From: the human T2T-CHM13v2.0 reference genome, Homo sapiens
DNA: 64,000 bases
NCBI RefSeq assembly: GCF_009914755.1
Contig: NC_060928.1
Reading direction: 5' to 3' (one strand)
The position numbers and the translations under genes are program-made. This document shows positions 20,835 through 43,904 of the stretch, piece after piece. Within the stretch, counting starts at the first letter, position 1, and every line of letters begins with the position of its first letter. Below the pieces are notes generated by a model that did no database searches, was not told the DNA's origin, and saw only the letters and a program-made list of their open reading frames with translations.

Positions 20835-21167
20835 TCATCTCACTGGGGAGTGCCGGACAGTGGGTGCAGTGCACCGTGTGTAAGCCAAAGCAGGGCAAGG
20901 CATCGCCTCACCTGGGAAGCGCCAAGGGGTCAGGGAATTCCCTTTCCTAGTCAAAGAAAGGGGTGACAGACGGCACCTGGAAAATCGGGTCACTCCCACA
21001 CTAATACTGCGCTTTTCCAACGGGCTTAACAAACGGCACACCAGGAGATTATATCCTACACCTGGCTCGGAGGGTCCTATGCCCACGGAGCCTGGCTCAT
21101 TGCTAGCACAGCAGTCTGAGATCAAACCGCAAGGCGGCAGCGAGGCTGGGGGAGGGGCGCCCACCAT
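20835..21167 (-). CDS. L1 ORF0 (antisense 5'UTR ORF), open for 110 aa
   Basis: MVGAPPPASLPPCGLISDCCAS... matches the known ORF0 N-terminus; strong Kozak GCGATGG; translation not shown. Confidence 0.7.
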   Translation of the reverse strand: MVGAPPPASLPPCGLISDCCASNEPGSVGIGPSEPGVGYNLLVCRLLSPLEKRSISVGVTRFSRCRLSPLSLTRKGNSLTPWRFPGEAMPCPALAYTRCTAPTVRHSPVR

Positions 21168-21741
21168 CGCCGAGGCTTGAGTAGGTAAACAAAGCAGCCA
21201 GGAAGCTCAAACTGGGTGGAGCCCAGCACAGCTCAAGGAGGCCTGCCTGCCTCTGTAGGCTCCACCTCTGGGGGCAGGGCACAGACAAACAAAAGGCAAC
21301 AGCAACCTCTGCAAACTTAAATGTCCCTGTCTGACAGCTTTGAAGAGAGTAGTGGTTCTCCCAGCATGCAGCTTCAGATATGAGAACGGGCAGACTGCCT
21401 CCTCAAGTGGGTCCCTGAACCCCGGGTAGCCTAACTGGGAGGCACCCCCAGTAGGGGCGGACTGACGCTTCACACGGCTGGGTACTCCTCTGAGACAAAA
21501 CTTCCAGAAGAACGATCAGGCAGCAGCATTTGCAGTTCACCAATATCCGCTGTTCTGCAGCCACCGCTGCTGATACCCAGGCAAACAGGGTCTGGAGTGG
21601 ACCTCCAGCAAACTCTAACAGACCTGCAGCTGGGGGTCCTGACTGTTGGAAGGAAAACTAACAAACAGAAAGGACATCCACACCAGAAACCCATCTGTAC
21701 GTCACCATCATCAAAGACCAAAGGTAGATAAAACCACAAAG

Positions 21742-22754
21742 ATGGGAAAAAAACAGAGCAGAAAAACCGGAAACTCTAAAAATCAGAGCTCCTCTCCTCC
21801 TCCAAAGGAACGCAGCTCCTCACCAGCAACGGAACAAAGCTGGACAGAGAATGACTTTGACAAGTTGAGAGAAGAAGGCTCCAGAAGATCAAACTACTCT
21901 GAGCTAAAGGAGGAAGTTCGAACCAATGGCAAAGAAGTTAAAAACCTTGAAAAAAAATTAGACAAATGGCTAACTAGAATAACCAACGCAGAGAAGTCCT
22001 TAAAGGATCTGAGCTGAAAACCATGGCACGAGAACTACATGATGAATGCACAAGCCTCAGTAGCCAATGGGATCAACTGGAAGAAAGGGTATCAGTGATG
22101 GAAGACGAAATGAATGAAATGAAGTGAGAAGGGAAGTTTAGAGAGAAAAGAATAAAAAGAAATGAACAAAGCCTCCAAGAAATATGCGACTATGTGACAA
22201 GACCAAATCTACGTCTGATTGGTGTACCTGAAAGTGACAGGGAGAATGGAACCAAGTTGGAAAACACTCTGCAGGATATTATCCAGGAGAACTTCCCCAA
22301 TCTAGTAAGGCAGGCCAACATTCACATTCAGGAAATACAGAGAACACCACAAAGATACTCCTCAAGAAGAGCAACTCCAAGACACAAAATTGTCAGATTC
22401 ACCAAAGTTGAAATTAAGGAAAAAATGTTAAGGGCAGCCAGAGAGAAAGGTCGGGTTACCCACAAAGGGAAGCCCATCAGACTAACAGCTGATCACTTGG
22501 CAGAAACTCTACAAGCCAGAAGAGAGTGGGAGCCAATATTCAACATTCTTAAAGAAAAGAATTTTCAACCCAGAATTTCATATCCAGCCAAACTAAGCTT
22601 CATAAGTGAAGGAGAAATAAAATACTTTACAGATAAGCAAATGCTGAGAGATTTTGTCACCACCAGGCCTGCCCTAAAAGAGCTCTTGAAGGAATCACTA
22701 AACATGGAAAGGAACAACCAGTACCAGCCACTGCAAAATCATGCCAAATTGTAA
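21742..22754 (+). pseudogene. L1 ORF1p, disrupted
   Basis: MGKKQSRK... start; frameshift near 22010; TGA near 22124; C-terminal half in ORF 22194..22754. Confidence 0.93.
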
Positions 22755-22817
22755 AGACCATCAAGCCTAGGAAGAAACTGCATCAACTAATGAGCAAAAT
22801 AACCAGCTAACATCATA

Positions 22818-26641
<3,824 letters not shown>

Positions 26642-27621
26642 ACAGTGAGAACACATGGACACAGGAAGGGGAACACCACACACTGGGGACTTTTGTGGGG
26701 TGGGGGGAGGGGGGAGGGATAGCATTAGGAGAGATACCTAATGCTAAATGATGAGTTGATGGGTGCAGCACACCAACATGGATGGCACATGTATACATAT
26801 GTAACAAACCTGCACGTTGTACACATGTACCCTAAAACTTAAATTAAAAAAAAAAAAATGTAAATATAAACTCCCTCCCAAAAAAAAAAGAAAAAGAAAA
26901 GATGAACCCTGACAACACAGCTAAAATTCAGAATAAGAAAAGGCACGTGCCTCACACAAAGGAAAGGACAGCCTGTCAGCTTCTATACCTCTCCTCCTTA
27001 CTCAAACCAAGTCAAATGTGATCTGCTGATGACATTCCCAATAACTATTGTGAGATAAATAAAATCACCATGAAACTATATGCAATATTTGTCACGTTCT
27101 TGGAAAAGAGTAAGTTTCTATCAGTTTCTCAGAAAAATTTGATCCCAAAAAGGTTAAAAACAACTGCTAAAGTAAATTTATCTGAGATTGTGCTAAAACA
27201 TCAAACAAGGGGATGAGATTTAAAGAGGTAGAATTCATTGACCTGACATAGAAGGAAAGTCTCCTTCCCTTTTAGTAACTATCAATCAAATCTATCAAGG
27301 AACTTTGCAAACATTCCGTGAGAAATATGCTCTTTGAATTTTACAGGTAAATAAAACAGTTATAGTAAAATCTTATCTAGATCCACAGAATTCATGGAAT
27401 GACTCTCTAACAGATGAGAATTTATATCCCCTCACACCCAACAAGCCACACTGCTACACTCGGTTCATATATATACATGAATTAGGATGAAAAACACATT
27501 GCCTTAAAGAAGTTCAAAGTATCAAATTTTGTTTTTATAGCAGAAGTTTAATATCCTCTCAATTCTCGTTACCCTGGATAAAAATCTGATAATTTTAGTT
27601 TATCAAAATAGAAAGTGGAAG

Positions 27622-28710
27622 GTGGGCGTGGTGGCTCACACCTGAAATCCCAGGACTTTGGGAGTCCAAGGCGGGCAGATTGAGGAGTTTGAGACCAGGA
27701 GGCCAGGAGTTCAAGACCAGCCTGGCCATCATCACAAAATGCTGTCTCTATTAAAAATACAAAAATTAGCTGGGCGTGGTGGTACACGCCTGTAATCCCA
27801 GCTACTCAGGAGGCCAAGGCACAAGAATCTCTTGAGCCCGGGAGACAGACATTGCAGTGAGCCGAGGTCATACCACTGTACTCCAGGCTGGGCGAGAAGA
27901 GTGAGACTCTGTCTCAATTAAAAAAAAAAAACAAAAAACAGACAATGGAAACTAATAATTAAGATGCACATATGCACACAGGTATACGAATATAACACAC
28001 TATGGTCTGAATGTTTGTGTCTCCCCCTCAAATTTGTATGTTGAAATCCTAACTCTCAGGCCAGGTACAGTGGTTCACGCCTGTAATCCCAGAACTTTGG
28101 AGGCTGAGGCAGAAGGATCCCTTGAGGCCAGGAGTGAGATTGGCCTAGCCAACATGGTGAAACCCTGTCTCTACCAAAAATACAAAAATTAGCCTGGTGT
28201 GGTGGCGGGTGCCTGTAATCCCAGCTACTCAGGAGACTGAGGCACAAGAATCGCCGGAACCCAGGAGGCAGAGTGAGCCAAGATCACGCCACTTCACTGC
28301 AGCCTGGGCAACACAGCAAGACTCTGTCAAAAGAAAGAGAGAGAGAGAGAGGGACAGAGAGAGAGAGAGAAAGAAAGAAAGAAAAGAAAAGAAAAAACAA
28401 AAGAAAAGAAAAGAAATTCTAACTCTCAAGGCAATGGTATTAGGAGGTAGGGCCTTTGTGAAGTGATTAGGTCATGCAGGCAGAGACCTCATGAATGAGA
28501 TTAGTGCCCTTATAAAACCCTTTCCATCAAGTGAGGACCCAATGAAAAGACCGCAGTCTAATGAATCAGCGAGTGGGCCCCTCGTGAGAGATCAAATCTC
28601 CTGATGACTTAATCTTGGACTTCCCACCTCCGGAACTATAAGAAATAAATGTCTGTTGTTTATAAGCTACCCAGTTTATGGTATTTTGTTACAGCAGCCT
28701 GAATGGACTC
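27622..28710 (+). mobile_element. Alu (27622-27940) and MaLR LTR (27999-28710) interrupted by an Alu with a (GA)n/(GAAA)n tail
   Basis: TATGGTCTGAATGTTTGTGTC start; TATAAGCTACCCAGTTTATGGTATTTTGTTACAGCAGCC end. Confidence 0.78.
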
Positions 28711-29425
28711 ACACACACAATCAGGAACTATGCTACACTGTCTCATTTAATTCTATTTGAGATGGGTATTATTTCCATTTACAGATAAAACCTGAGGCTC
28801 ACAGCAGTTAAACATTTAACTAAGATATCTACATATTATGATATGCATATAATATTGCTAATTCTCTAGTACTGTTAGCTACTTACAATGTAGTAACTCA
28901 AGGCTTGTGTACCAGTCATATACTTGTGTACCTGCATGACCTAATCACCAGTCAGATACACATTTAAATAACATTTTAAAAGGCCAAATTTCAAAAATAC
29001 TTGTTTCTGTAGGTTAATGTAAAGTACACTGATGTAAAAATAAGAAAATCTATATTCCTAACTCGATTATAATTTAATTGACTTATACTAGTTTTTCATG
29101 AGAAACACAACATACATAGATTTTAAGACAGAAGAGGCAGCCTATCCTTCTCAAATCCAACAAATCTGAGTCAAAGTCAAGGTCCTCTAATTATTATAGT
29201 ATGCACAAAATACATAATAAAAGAATTTTCTAGGCAGAATTCATTTATCTTTTTTCATTTTCAAATAAACAACAAAAAAAGTCACATCCTGAGGAGACAG
29301 CCCTTGATAATCTAACCAGATTATATTAATCCATTGTAAAGAACTACAGGAATACAAAATATTCTCTAAAACACTTAAAATATTGAAAAATGATAAACAA
29401 AACGTTCATTGCTACTAAAATGTAC

Positions 29426-29618
29426 CTGCAAAACAGTCACTCTATGATGGGAAAAGAGAACGCTGGCTAATTTTGATGGGAGCAACTTGACAGAAGTTGG
29501 TACAATAAGCAGAGAGGCACCACTTGATAGAGCAAGAAATATTTCCACAACAGAAGGATCGAAGGTCAGAGGTGAAGCCAGAAACAAAACATCTTCTTGT
29601 GTGATGTCAAAAAGTACC
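29426..29618 (-). CDS. AASDH: AASDH exon 5 (VLFDITQED...LTFDPSVVE...VTVLQ)
   Basis: ORF 29375..29659; 193 nt, phase 2/0. Confidence 0.95.
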
Positions 29619-29830
29619 CTAAGGCAAAACAGAATGCAGTTATGAGAAACGTCAAACATTCAGTAAGCACATATCCTAAAAGAGTGTTCATGTGTTTATG
29701 ATGATCAAGTTTCTGAATGTTGGCCAGATTTTATTCTTCTCTCTTAAATTAGCCAAAATGGTGCTATCAAAATTCAGGAAATCTTATTTATAAAAGAATT
29801 AACAGCTATTTAAAGCAATATCCACGTTTT

Positions 29831-30365
29831 ACCAGACATATTTTATCATCTGTGATGACTTTTGATGTGTCAGCTTGGTTTGATTGAACTACTGTCCCCG
29901 GAATTTCCTCTCTAGTATGTTTCCTGTTAGGGAAGGAGACAAGGGATATTCTCTTGAGAGCTGAAGAACAGAAGGGAGGCTGCTGCTTAGCAGCACACAC
30001 GCCTTCTTCAAGCAGTTATTCAATCAAACCCTGTAGTCCCTAATCAGCTGATTTACTTAATCAAAAGGGAGATTATCCAGGGTTGGCTGGATTTACTTGG
30101 AAGGCCTTTAGAAGAAGTTTTAGGCCTTCTCTGATGAAGAGGCCCAAACAGCAGCTGGGTCTGCAATTAATCTCCCTTCTTCCCAATCTGATTTCACCTG
30201 GGACAGTCTCATGGCCACGGGATTCCAGCCTGCTTGTGATCACCCCTTCCTAACTGATCCCTATGGACTTTAGACTTGCTTAGCCAGGCCCCACAATTGT
30301 GTAAACCAATTTCTTATAATCAATCCCTGATCTAACTCCTGGTTCTGCTCCTCTGGCAGAATCCT
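29831..30365 (+). mobile_element. ERVL-type LTR (MLT2-like), diverged
   Basis: TGTGATGACTTTTGATGTGTCAGCTTGG start; GGTTCTGCTCCTCTGG end. Confidence 0.55.
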
Positions 30366-30664
30366 TATTCTGTCATACTTATTCAATGATGTTTAATAGA
30401 GACTTCCGACTCCCCTTTCTATTTAGCATTTTCTTTCAGTATCTGAACAAAAAGCAGAATAAGAATATATGTGGTTAGGCTCTTATACAGCATGGATAGT
30501 CATTGTGGAGCCTATGACACTATTTTAATTTGAACACACAGACACCACTACATCTAAAAGCATCTTAATTTCAAAAAAGCTTCAAATATGGTATAAACAT
30601 TTTAAAAATTATAACTATGTATATGGTGTCTCAGGTAAAATAAAAACTCATTGTGTGTTAAAGG

Positions 30665-31802
<1,138 letters not shown>

Positions 31803-32009
31803 TGAATGCTCCATGTAGTTCATTTCACGAAAGCAGCTTAAGATGCATTCAATATAAGAAAAGTTGAAAAAAAAGAAGAGACAGATTTTAAAGGAAGAAA
31901 AAAAGTGGAATGCAACAAACATTTAAACATATTACTTGTGAAGCTTAGGCTGGGTATCTAATATACTGTTCCTCATTTTCCCAACCACCATATGAGGCAG
32001 GTATGATTA

Positions 32010-32795
32010 TGTGAGAACCTAACTCAGAAACCAAGTTGGTATGAAGATTATTTTAAGGTAAAGACATTTGAGGCTGGGCGCGGTGGCTCACGCTTGTAAT
32101 CCCAGCACTTTGGGAGGCCAAGGTGGGCAGATACTTGAGGTCAGGAGTTTGAGACCAGCCTGGCCAAGATGGTGAAACCCTGTCTCTACTAAAACTACAA
32201 AAATTAGCCAGGCATAGTGGCGTGCACCTATAGTGGGAGGCTGAGGCAGAAGAATAGCTTGAACCTGGGAGGCAGAAGTTGCAGTGAGCAGAGACTGCAC
32301 TGCTGCATTCCAGCCTGGGTGACAGAGTGAGACTCTGTCTCAAAAAAAAAAAAAAAAAAAAAAAAGGACATTTGAGATTCAACAAATGCAGAAACCTTCT
32401 TGGAGCTTCCCTTATCTGACTGAAAGCAGAAACTTCAGGGAAATGAGGCTGCCATAAACTTCTTCTTCAGAGTGGTTTTACTCCCAGGAAGGCCATGAAG
32501 AAGACAGAAAGACCACTGCACCTGCATACCCAAGTGTTATCACAAACTTTCTTATCTCCTGTTTATTTTCCTGAAAACCCATTTCTCTTTCCAAAACAAT
32601 TTATTTGTTCTTCCTATGAACAAATAAATTTACAAATACATTTAAATGAACTTAATAAAATGCAATTCCGTTTCTTTTGTAAACTGCTATATGCACAGGA
32701 ATAAACTTTTTTTCTTAATCTGTCTTTTGTCAGTTTAATTCTCAGTCCCCTAGATACTGCGTCACAGATGGTAGAGGAAAAGCTCTCCACCCCCA
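32010..32795 (+). mobile_element. ERV1 LTR (MER34-like) split by an Alu (32072-32365)
   Basis: GATTATTTTAAGG, CTGCCATAAA and GTCAGTTTAATT motifs; Alu TSD GACATTTGAG. Confidence 0.55.
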
Positions 32796-33054
32796 TTTTA
32801 AAATGGAGAAAACTGAAGTTCATGGAGGTTAAGTACCTTATGCAAAGTCAAACAAATCAACTAATTTTTAACTGTTTAAAAAATTGTTATCCTTATCCAA
32901 GCCTTTAAATTAATCCCCTGATTTGAAAGATCTATCTAAATTAGATTTCAAAATTTCAATAAAGGAAACCTAGTCCTTCCCTTTCTGGAGCTATCATTCT
33001 CTCTGGAGGTAGTGCTGCCTTTTACCAACATATGCAAGAAAACTCAGCTTTGTC

Positions 33055-34300
33055 TTTTTTTTTTTTAAGACAGAGTCTCGCTCTGTCACCCAAGCTGGAG
33101 TGCAGGGTCTTGCAGCTGCCCAAGTTCAATCACAGTTCACTGCAGCCTCAAACTCCTAGGCTCAGCAATCCTCCTGCTTTGGCCACTGGAGTAGCTAAGA
33201 CTACAGACTTGTGCCACCATGCCCAGCTAGCACTATCTTATTAATAGGTTATTCTGGTAATATTTGGGGAGCCAGCAACAGAGATAAGATTGTTCTAATA
33301 TGTGTCTGAAATTTAATACTCCCTAGCTTAGTGATCTAAGTCTAAAATAGAAAATTTAACATTACTGTTTTAATTTTTAAATTGACTACTTTAACATTTC
33401 ATCTCTTTAGAATCTAATTATTTACCACCTCACTTAAGAACCTAAAAGCAAACCAAAAAAAGATTTCTAACAGGCAAATCAATTGAATGAAGTTGAAGCA
33501 CAAAATAGGTATCAAGAAATTTGTATAATTTAGTCATAAATCAACCCTTCACCCCTCATTAAGCAAATGTTTGCTCCCATTTCACGGACCATTCTTACCA
33601 CTGCTGGGCCAGTGCCTCTTAGTCGGCTGTCTCTCCACCTCCCCCAGATTCCTTATCTGCTTCATTTTCTTCAAGTTCCCTACATCCCCATCCCCACCTC
33701 ACCTCCCACACTCTTAGGTATGACTTGGCCTTCTGCTTCATACAAAAGTTAAAACCTACTGGCTTCCTCTAACACCAAGAAATGTATTTACTTTACTATC
33801 CTAATCGTTTTGAGGCTATCAAAAAAAGAGGTATTCCACTCAGTATTTTAAATAATGCCATTCCCTCCCATCTAAATGTATCTTCCTCCCATCTAAATGT
33901 ATCTTACTCCTTTGTTAATACTCCTACTACTAATTCATTATTTAAACCAACCCCTTCTACCAATTCCCCACCCTCAGCCTCTAAACCGCTCATCTTTTTT
34001 TTTTTTTTTTTTTTTTTAAGATTGAGTCTCGCTCTGTCACCCAGGCTGGAATGCAGTGGTGCAATAACGGATCACTGCAGTCTTGACCTCCTGGGCTAAA
34101 TCAATCCTTCCGCTTCAACCTCCCGAGTTGCTAGGATTATAGGCACAGACCACCAGGCCCAGCTAATTATTTTTAATGTTTCTTAAAGACAGAGTCCCAC
34201 TATGTTACCCAGGCTGGTTTTGAACTCCTGGGCTCAAGCGATCCTCCTGCCTTAGCCTCCTAAAGTGTGGGATTACAGGCATGAGCCACTGCACCCAGCC
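33055..34300 (-). mobile_element. AluJ partial (33055-33227) and AluJ (33995-34300)
   Basis: reversed Alu consensus. Confidence 0.82.
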
Positions 34301-34544
34301 AACCTCTCCCATCTTAAAGACAAAACACCTGTGTCCATCCCAGAATTCCTTCTTTTCCATTAAAACCAGTTTCTAGAAAATAACATTTGACTTTTGTTAC
34401 CTCTATTTCGTTATCTCCTATTCTCTTATCTCCAGCCTAATGTAATCTATCTCCAATCTTGGGGATTAAGAAGTCACTAAAGACTATATTGTCGATTACA
34501 ACAGACATCTTTCTCTACCAGCATTTAACCATTTCTTCTTTCCA

Positions 34545-35200
<656 letters not shown>

Positions 35201-35717
35201 TCATGAGGTTTCTATTTCTGTTTCCTCCTTTGATTTTCTAGGACTACACCCCTAAGGTTCACTTCTTCCTCTCTTTCTTGGCAAATTAAGAATGTCAACT
35301 TTGGAGATTTCTAATCTCTTGACCACATCAGCAAGTCAAACTCCACAATACTACTACAAGAGTGAACTTAACAAAATGAGAATCTTTTAATGGTTCCCCA
35401 TCATCTACTGGATTAAGTTCAGCCTTCAACAGGGCATACCAGGCTCCTGATCTTTCACTGTTTCCTCAGCCCTGCTCTGACATTCTAGTAGGACAAACTC
35501 CTTCATTCTCATATAACTCTGCTAGTACCTCTGCTAGGAAAATCCTTTCTCCCTTTTTATTAATAATTAAGATGCAAAGCTTCTAATCATATCATTTGTT
35601 TGTTCCGTGTCTGGCCCTAGGCTTGGATGAAACAGGTGAAGGGCCTAGTCTGCAGAGAACTAAAGTTCAGATACAGCTGAAACAAAAAAGACTCAATTTA
35701 CTTCTTAGGACTATTAA

Positions 35718-36091
<374 letters not shown>

Positions 36092-36126
36092 TAGATTCTG
36101 AGAAAGAGTCAAAGACTAGAACTTAC

Positions 36127-36443
36127 CGAAAATGCTGGATATTTGGTACTATACACTTATGAGGCACTCTGACAATCTTCGGTATCCCTGTAGTCCCTGA
36201 TGTATGTAGAACATAGGCTAAGCAATGCTTTAGCCTCAGATCCATGTGTTCTTCTGCTTTTTCTTCATTGACATGCTCAGAACTTATGCTTTTTATTTTT
36301 TCTTTTTCATATTTCTCTTTTCCATCATTTAGCATCAAGTTCACCTCAGTATTTTTCCAGTGAAGTCTGAAGAGCACTAGGTCATTATGTTCCACTGTAA
36401 ATGTATCATAGTTCAATAATGTTTCATGAAAAGATTTAAATTT
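36127..36443 (-). CDS. AASDH: AASDH exon 4 with AMP-binding loop YVLHTSGTTGIPK
   Basis: ORF 36123..36416; 317 nt, phase 0/2. Confidence 0.96.
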
Positions 36444-36522
36444 CTGTGTGAAATGGGGGACAAAGTTTACAGTATTAGTATGTTAAAAGATATTCTTCTT
36501 TATATAGAAGTAATATGAAATA

Positions 36523-37466
<944 letters not shown>

Positions 37467-38694
37467 TATTCATTTACTCATTCAACATGACGTTTTTGGG
37501 GAGTGGGGGGAAGTACTTGCTGTATACCCGGGGGTAAAAAGATAAATAAATCTCCAAGAGCAAAGTGCTGTCCTTACTAACTTATTTTCAAAAACACCAG
37601 ACATATACAAGCAATTATAATGCAATGCGTATGATAATAAAGCAGGCTTGAAATGTTAATGGGAACAGAGAATGCCGAACTCTGCCTAGAAGGTCAGAGA
37701 TTGCTTCATGGGTAATATTTGTTATAAGTAGCTATTCTCCAAATAATAAAAATGGGCACTTCAGGCAAACAGCCAACATTGAGGATCTGACCTGGGAAAG
37801 CTGGTATGTGAACATTAAGCCTTCCAATTAAAGTAAAGAACGGGGTGGGGGAGAGGGAAAAGGTGAGGTGCGTTGTTGATAGGAGATGAGATGCAAATCC
37901 TTAATAACCGTGTACACTCAGCACTAAGGAGTTTAGATCTTAACCTGTAAGTGACAGGATCCAATTGAAGGTGGCAATAGCATAGATTAGACTCTATCAA
38001 GGACAGAATAATAAATGAGATTCTGCTAAGTGAGAACCATTTAATGAGTCTTTTGCAGTAATTCGGATATACTATATGGTCCTGAACTACTATTCTGTTA
38101 CAAGAGGAGTGGTTAGAAAGGGTCTATGAGCAAAGAATAAATAAGACATGGTGACTTTCTGGATATAGAGTGAGTCTAAGAAAATTGTTGGGTTTCTGGC
38201 CCAGGTGATTTGGTGGATGGAGAAGAATTAATCCAGAAGTGAGTTTGGATGAAGAGATGCTAAACTGAATTTGTACATGTTGAAAGTAAGGTTTCTTTGA
38301 ATATATCTTTTTAGGTTGACAACAACAGCTTAATGAAATATAACCTAAGTTTTCACATTAAATAAATCAACATAAATAATGAGAAAAAGGTCACAACCCA
38401 GAAGCCTACAGTGTTTTCTTTGTGTGTTTAATGTGTGTATGTATTGGGTAGGGGATGTGGTGTGGCCTGTAATATTTGAAAAATTAAAGAACTACATACG
38501 CTTCAGATCTAGCTCAAAACCATCCCTCCCCATTAAAATTCTACTATATCTACTAGGTTATGTTTACTTCACTTAGGACAATTATCACACTATGTAGATG
38601 TTATAGGTTCAGAAGTATTAACTTTTCTCTCCAACTACATTATAAAAAGCTGGAAGGCTTATATGCTAATGCCCTCCCAATCATCCTGTCCGTA

Positions 38695-38890
38695 GTGCAA
38701 GGTTTCTCAACTTCAACACTACTGATATTTTGGACCAGAAAATTCTTAGTGGAGTGCTGTCTTATACACTGTAGGATTTTTAGCAGTATCGCTGGCCTCT
38801 ACCCACCAGATGCCAGTAGCACCCCACTTCCATCATTACAATAAAAAATATGTCTAGACATTGCCAATTGTCCCCAGTTGAGAACTACTG
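38695..38890. mobile_element. MER20
   Basis: GGTTTCTCAAC...GTTGAGAACTACTG; a second copy in the opposite orientation at ~40156-40370. Confidence 0.7.
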
Positions 38891-39267
38891 CTTTAGTGGA
38901 TGCTGGGCATACATACAGTAGATGCTTAAAAATACTTACTGATCGTTCCTGTGTTAAATGAAGGAAGAACACTTACACCATCATCAAAATCATGGGATAG
39001 GAAGCAAGGTTTTGCTGCGCCCAACTCCTTTTTGGGTTTTGCTATGTCCAACTCCTACTGGTCATAAAGAATACCTTGACATTGACAATTAATACTGATA
39101 CTCAGCTACCTTTTATAAAATTTTCACTAAGATTGCTAAGAAAAATAAACATCACATCCCCATTTCAGTTTTGCTTACTTATGAACAATGCAATAACCAA
39201 TTTGAGGAGTAGAGGAAATTTCGGCTACACACTAATAAGTAATTATTTTAAAAATATTTATTAACCA

Positions 39268-39576
39268 GACCAGGTGTGGTGGCTCATGCCTGTAATCCCA
39301 GCACTTTGGGAGGTCGGGGCAGGCAGAACACTTGAGGTCAGAAGTTCAAGACCAGCCTGGCCAACATGGTGAAACCTTGTCTCTACTTAAAAATATATAT
39401 ACAAAAATTAGCCGGGTGTGGTGGCATGCACCTGTAATTCCAGCTACTTGGGCAGCTGAGGCACAAGAACCGCTTGAACCTGGGAGGCGGAGGTTGCAGT
39501 GAGCTGAGATCGCACCACTGCCCATTGCACTTCAGCCTGGGTAACAGAGTGAGACTCTGGCTCAAAAAAAAAAAAA
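39268..39576 (+). mobile_element. AluS
   Basis: Alu consensus. Confidence 0.88.
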
Positions 39577-39628
39577 CCCTTTGAGTCTCTAGAAAGTCCC
39601 CCATATACCTCAAGTTCTTGACACTTCT

Positions 39629-39630
<2 letters not shown>

Positions 39631-39672
<42 letters not shown>
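39631..39672. repeat. (CA)~21 microsatellite
   Basis: direct reading. Confidence 0.95.
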
Positions 39673-39675
<3 letters not shown>

Positions 39676-40471
39676 GGGGGGGGTGAAAGCGGGGAATGCA
39701 TTTAAGTTACCCCAATACAAACTGGCTCATATAGAAAATGGGCAAAAACAGGCTAAATTGAATATATTTTTATAATGTTCTTCCCCTTTAGTAAAACAAT
39801 ATTTTATAAATAATAAATAAACAATGAAGCATGGGCTGCATCTTGCTGAAGATATAACACCAATTCTTGCCCCAAAAACAGAGTTTCTTGGTTATATCTT
39901 TGGTTGGCAATCATTTAAAAATAAAAAAACAATAAATTTACTTTTCTGGAAAGATCTCCTCTAAGTACCAGTCTCTTTTTCAAAATGCAAGCTTAGTTAT
40001 AATTCTTCAGTGTTGCTGACCAATGTAATTGCCATAAATATGAAAGTTCCAAGTATTATAAAATTTTGCAGTATAGGAAATACTTTGGAAAGAGAAATTC
40101 AAAACAATGCATAATATATTATTATAAGGCTAACAGATCTGTTCATACTACAGAATAGTGGCTCACAATGGAGTGTGAGGGGTGGAGAGCCCCTCTGGGG
40201 GACAATTGGCAATGTCTGGAGATTTTTGGTTGTTATGACTGGGAGGTGCTACTGAGGTCTAGCGAGTGGAGGTCAAATATATTGCTAAATATCCTATAAT
40301 ATACGGAACACTCCTCACAACAATTACTCAACCCTAAAAATGTCATAGTGCAAAGACTGAGAAACCTTGCCACATTTAGCAGACTTAGGAATCCAGATGG
40401 GAGAAGGAAGGAATGTTTCAATTGAAATAAATGTAATACAGGCAAAAAACAATTGAAACATCCAGACTTAC

Positions 40472-40592
40472 ATTAATTTGTTTTTTTTCAACAAGGATAT
40501 ACTTTAGATTACATTTTTTCATAAAATGAGTTGATAATGACGGTGGTGAATCTGGCTCGATAGGTACATAAGCAGCCGGGACTTGGAGAATT
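40472..40592 (-). CDS. AASDH: AASDH exon 3 (ILQVPAAYVPIEPDSPP...KKQIN)
   Basis: manual translation; AYVPIEP adenylation motif; 121 nt, phase 2/0. Confidence 0.93.
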
Positions 40593-40782
40593 CTAAAGAA
40601 AAAAGTACACAGTCAGCATAGAATGTCTGTTGATTTAGTATTTGTTTAAGCATTTCTATTTCTCTATGCACTTTATTTATTTTTTGTAGCAGCATAAAAA
40701 TGGTTTCCGGAGCACTTTATTGCTGATCAGAAATTTCCAATGTTTTCACTGACACATAGTTGGTAATAAATGCTGTCATTTT

Positions 40783-43904
<3,122 letters not shown>

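Noticed and set aside
26697-26718. G-quadruplex-forming tract
   Set aside because: Standard L1 3'UTR G-rich tract, not locus-specific
33864-33905. 21-bp direct repeat (others at 50892-50920 and 63951-63992) as CRISPR-like or regulatory arrays
   Set aside because: Two adjacent copies with no spacers; simple slippage duplications
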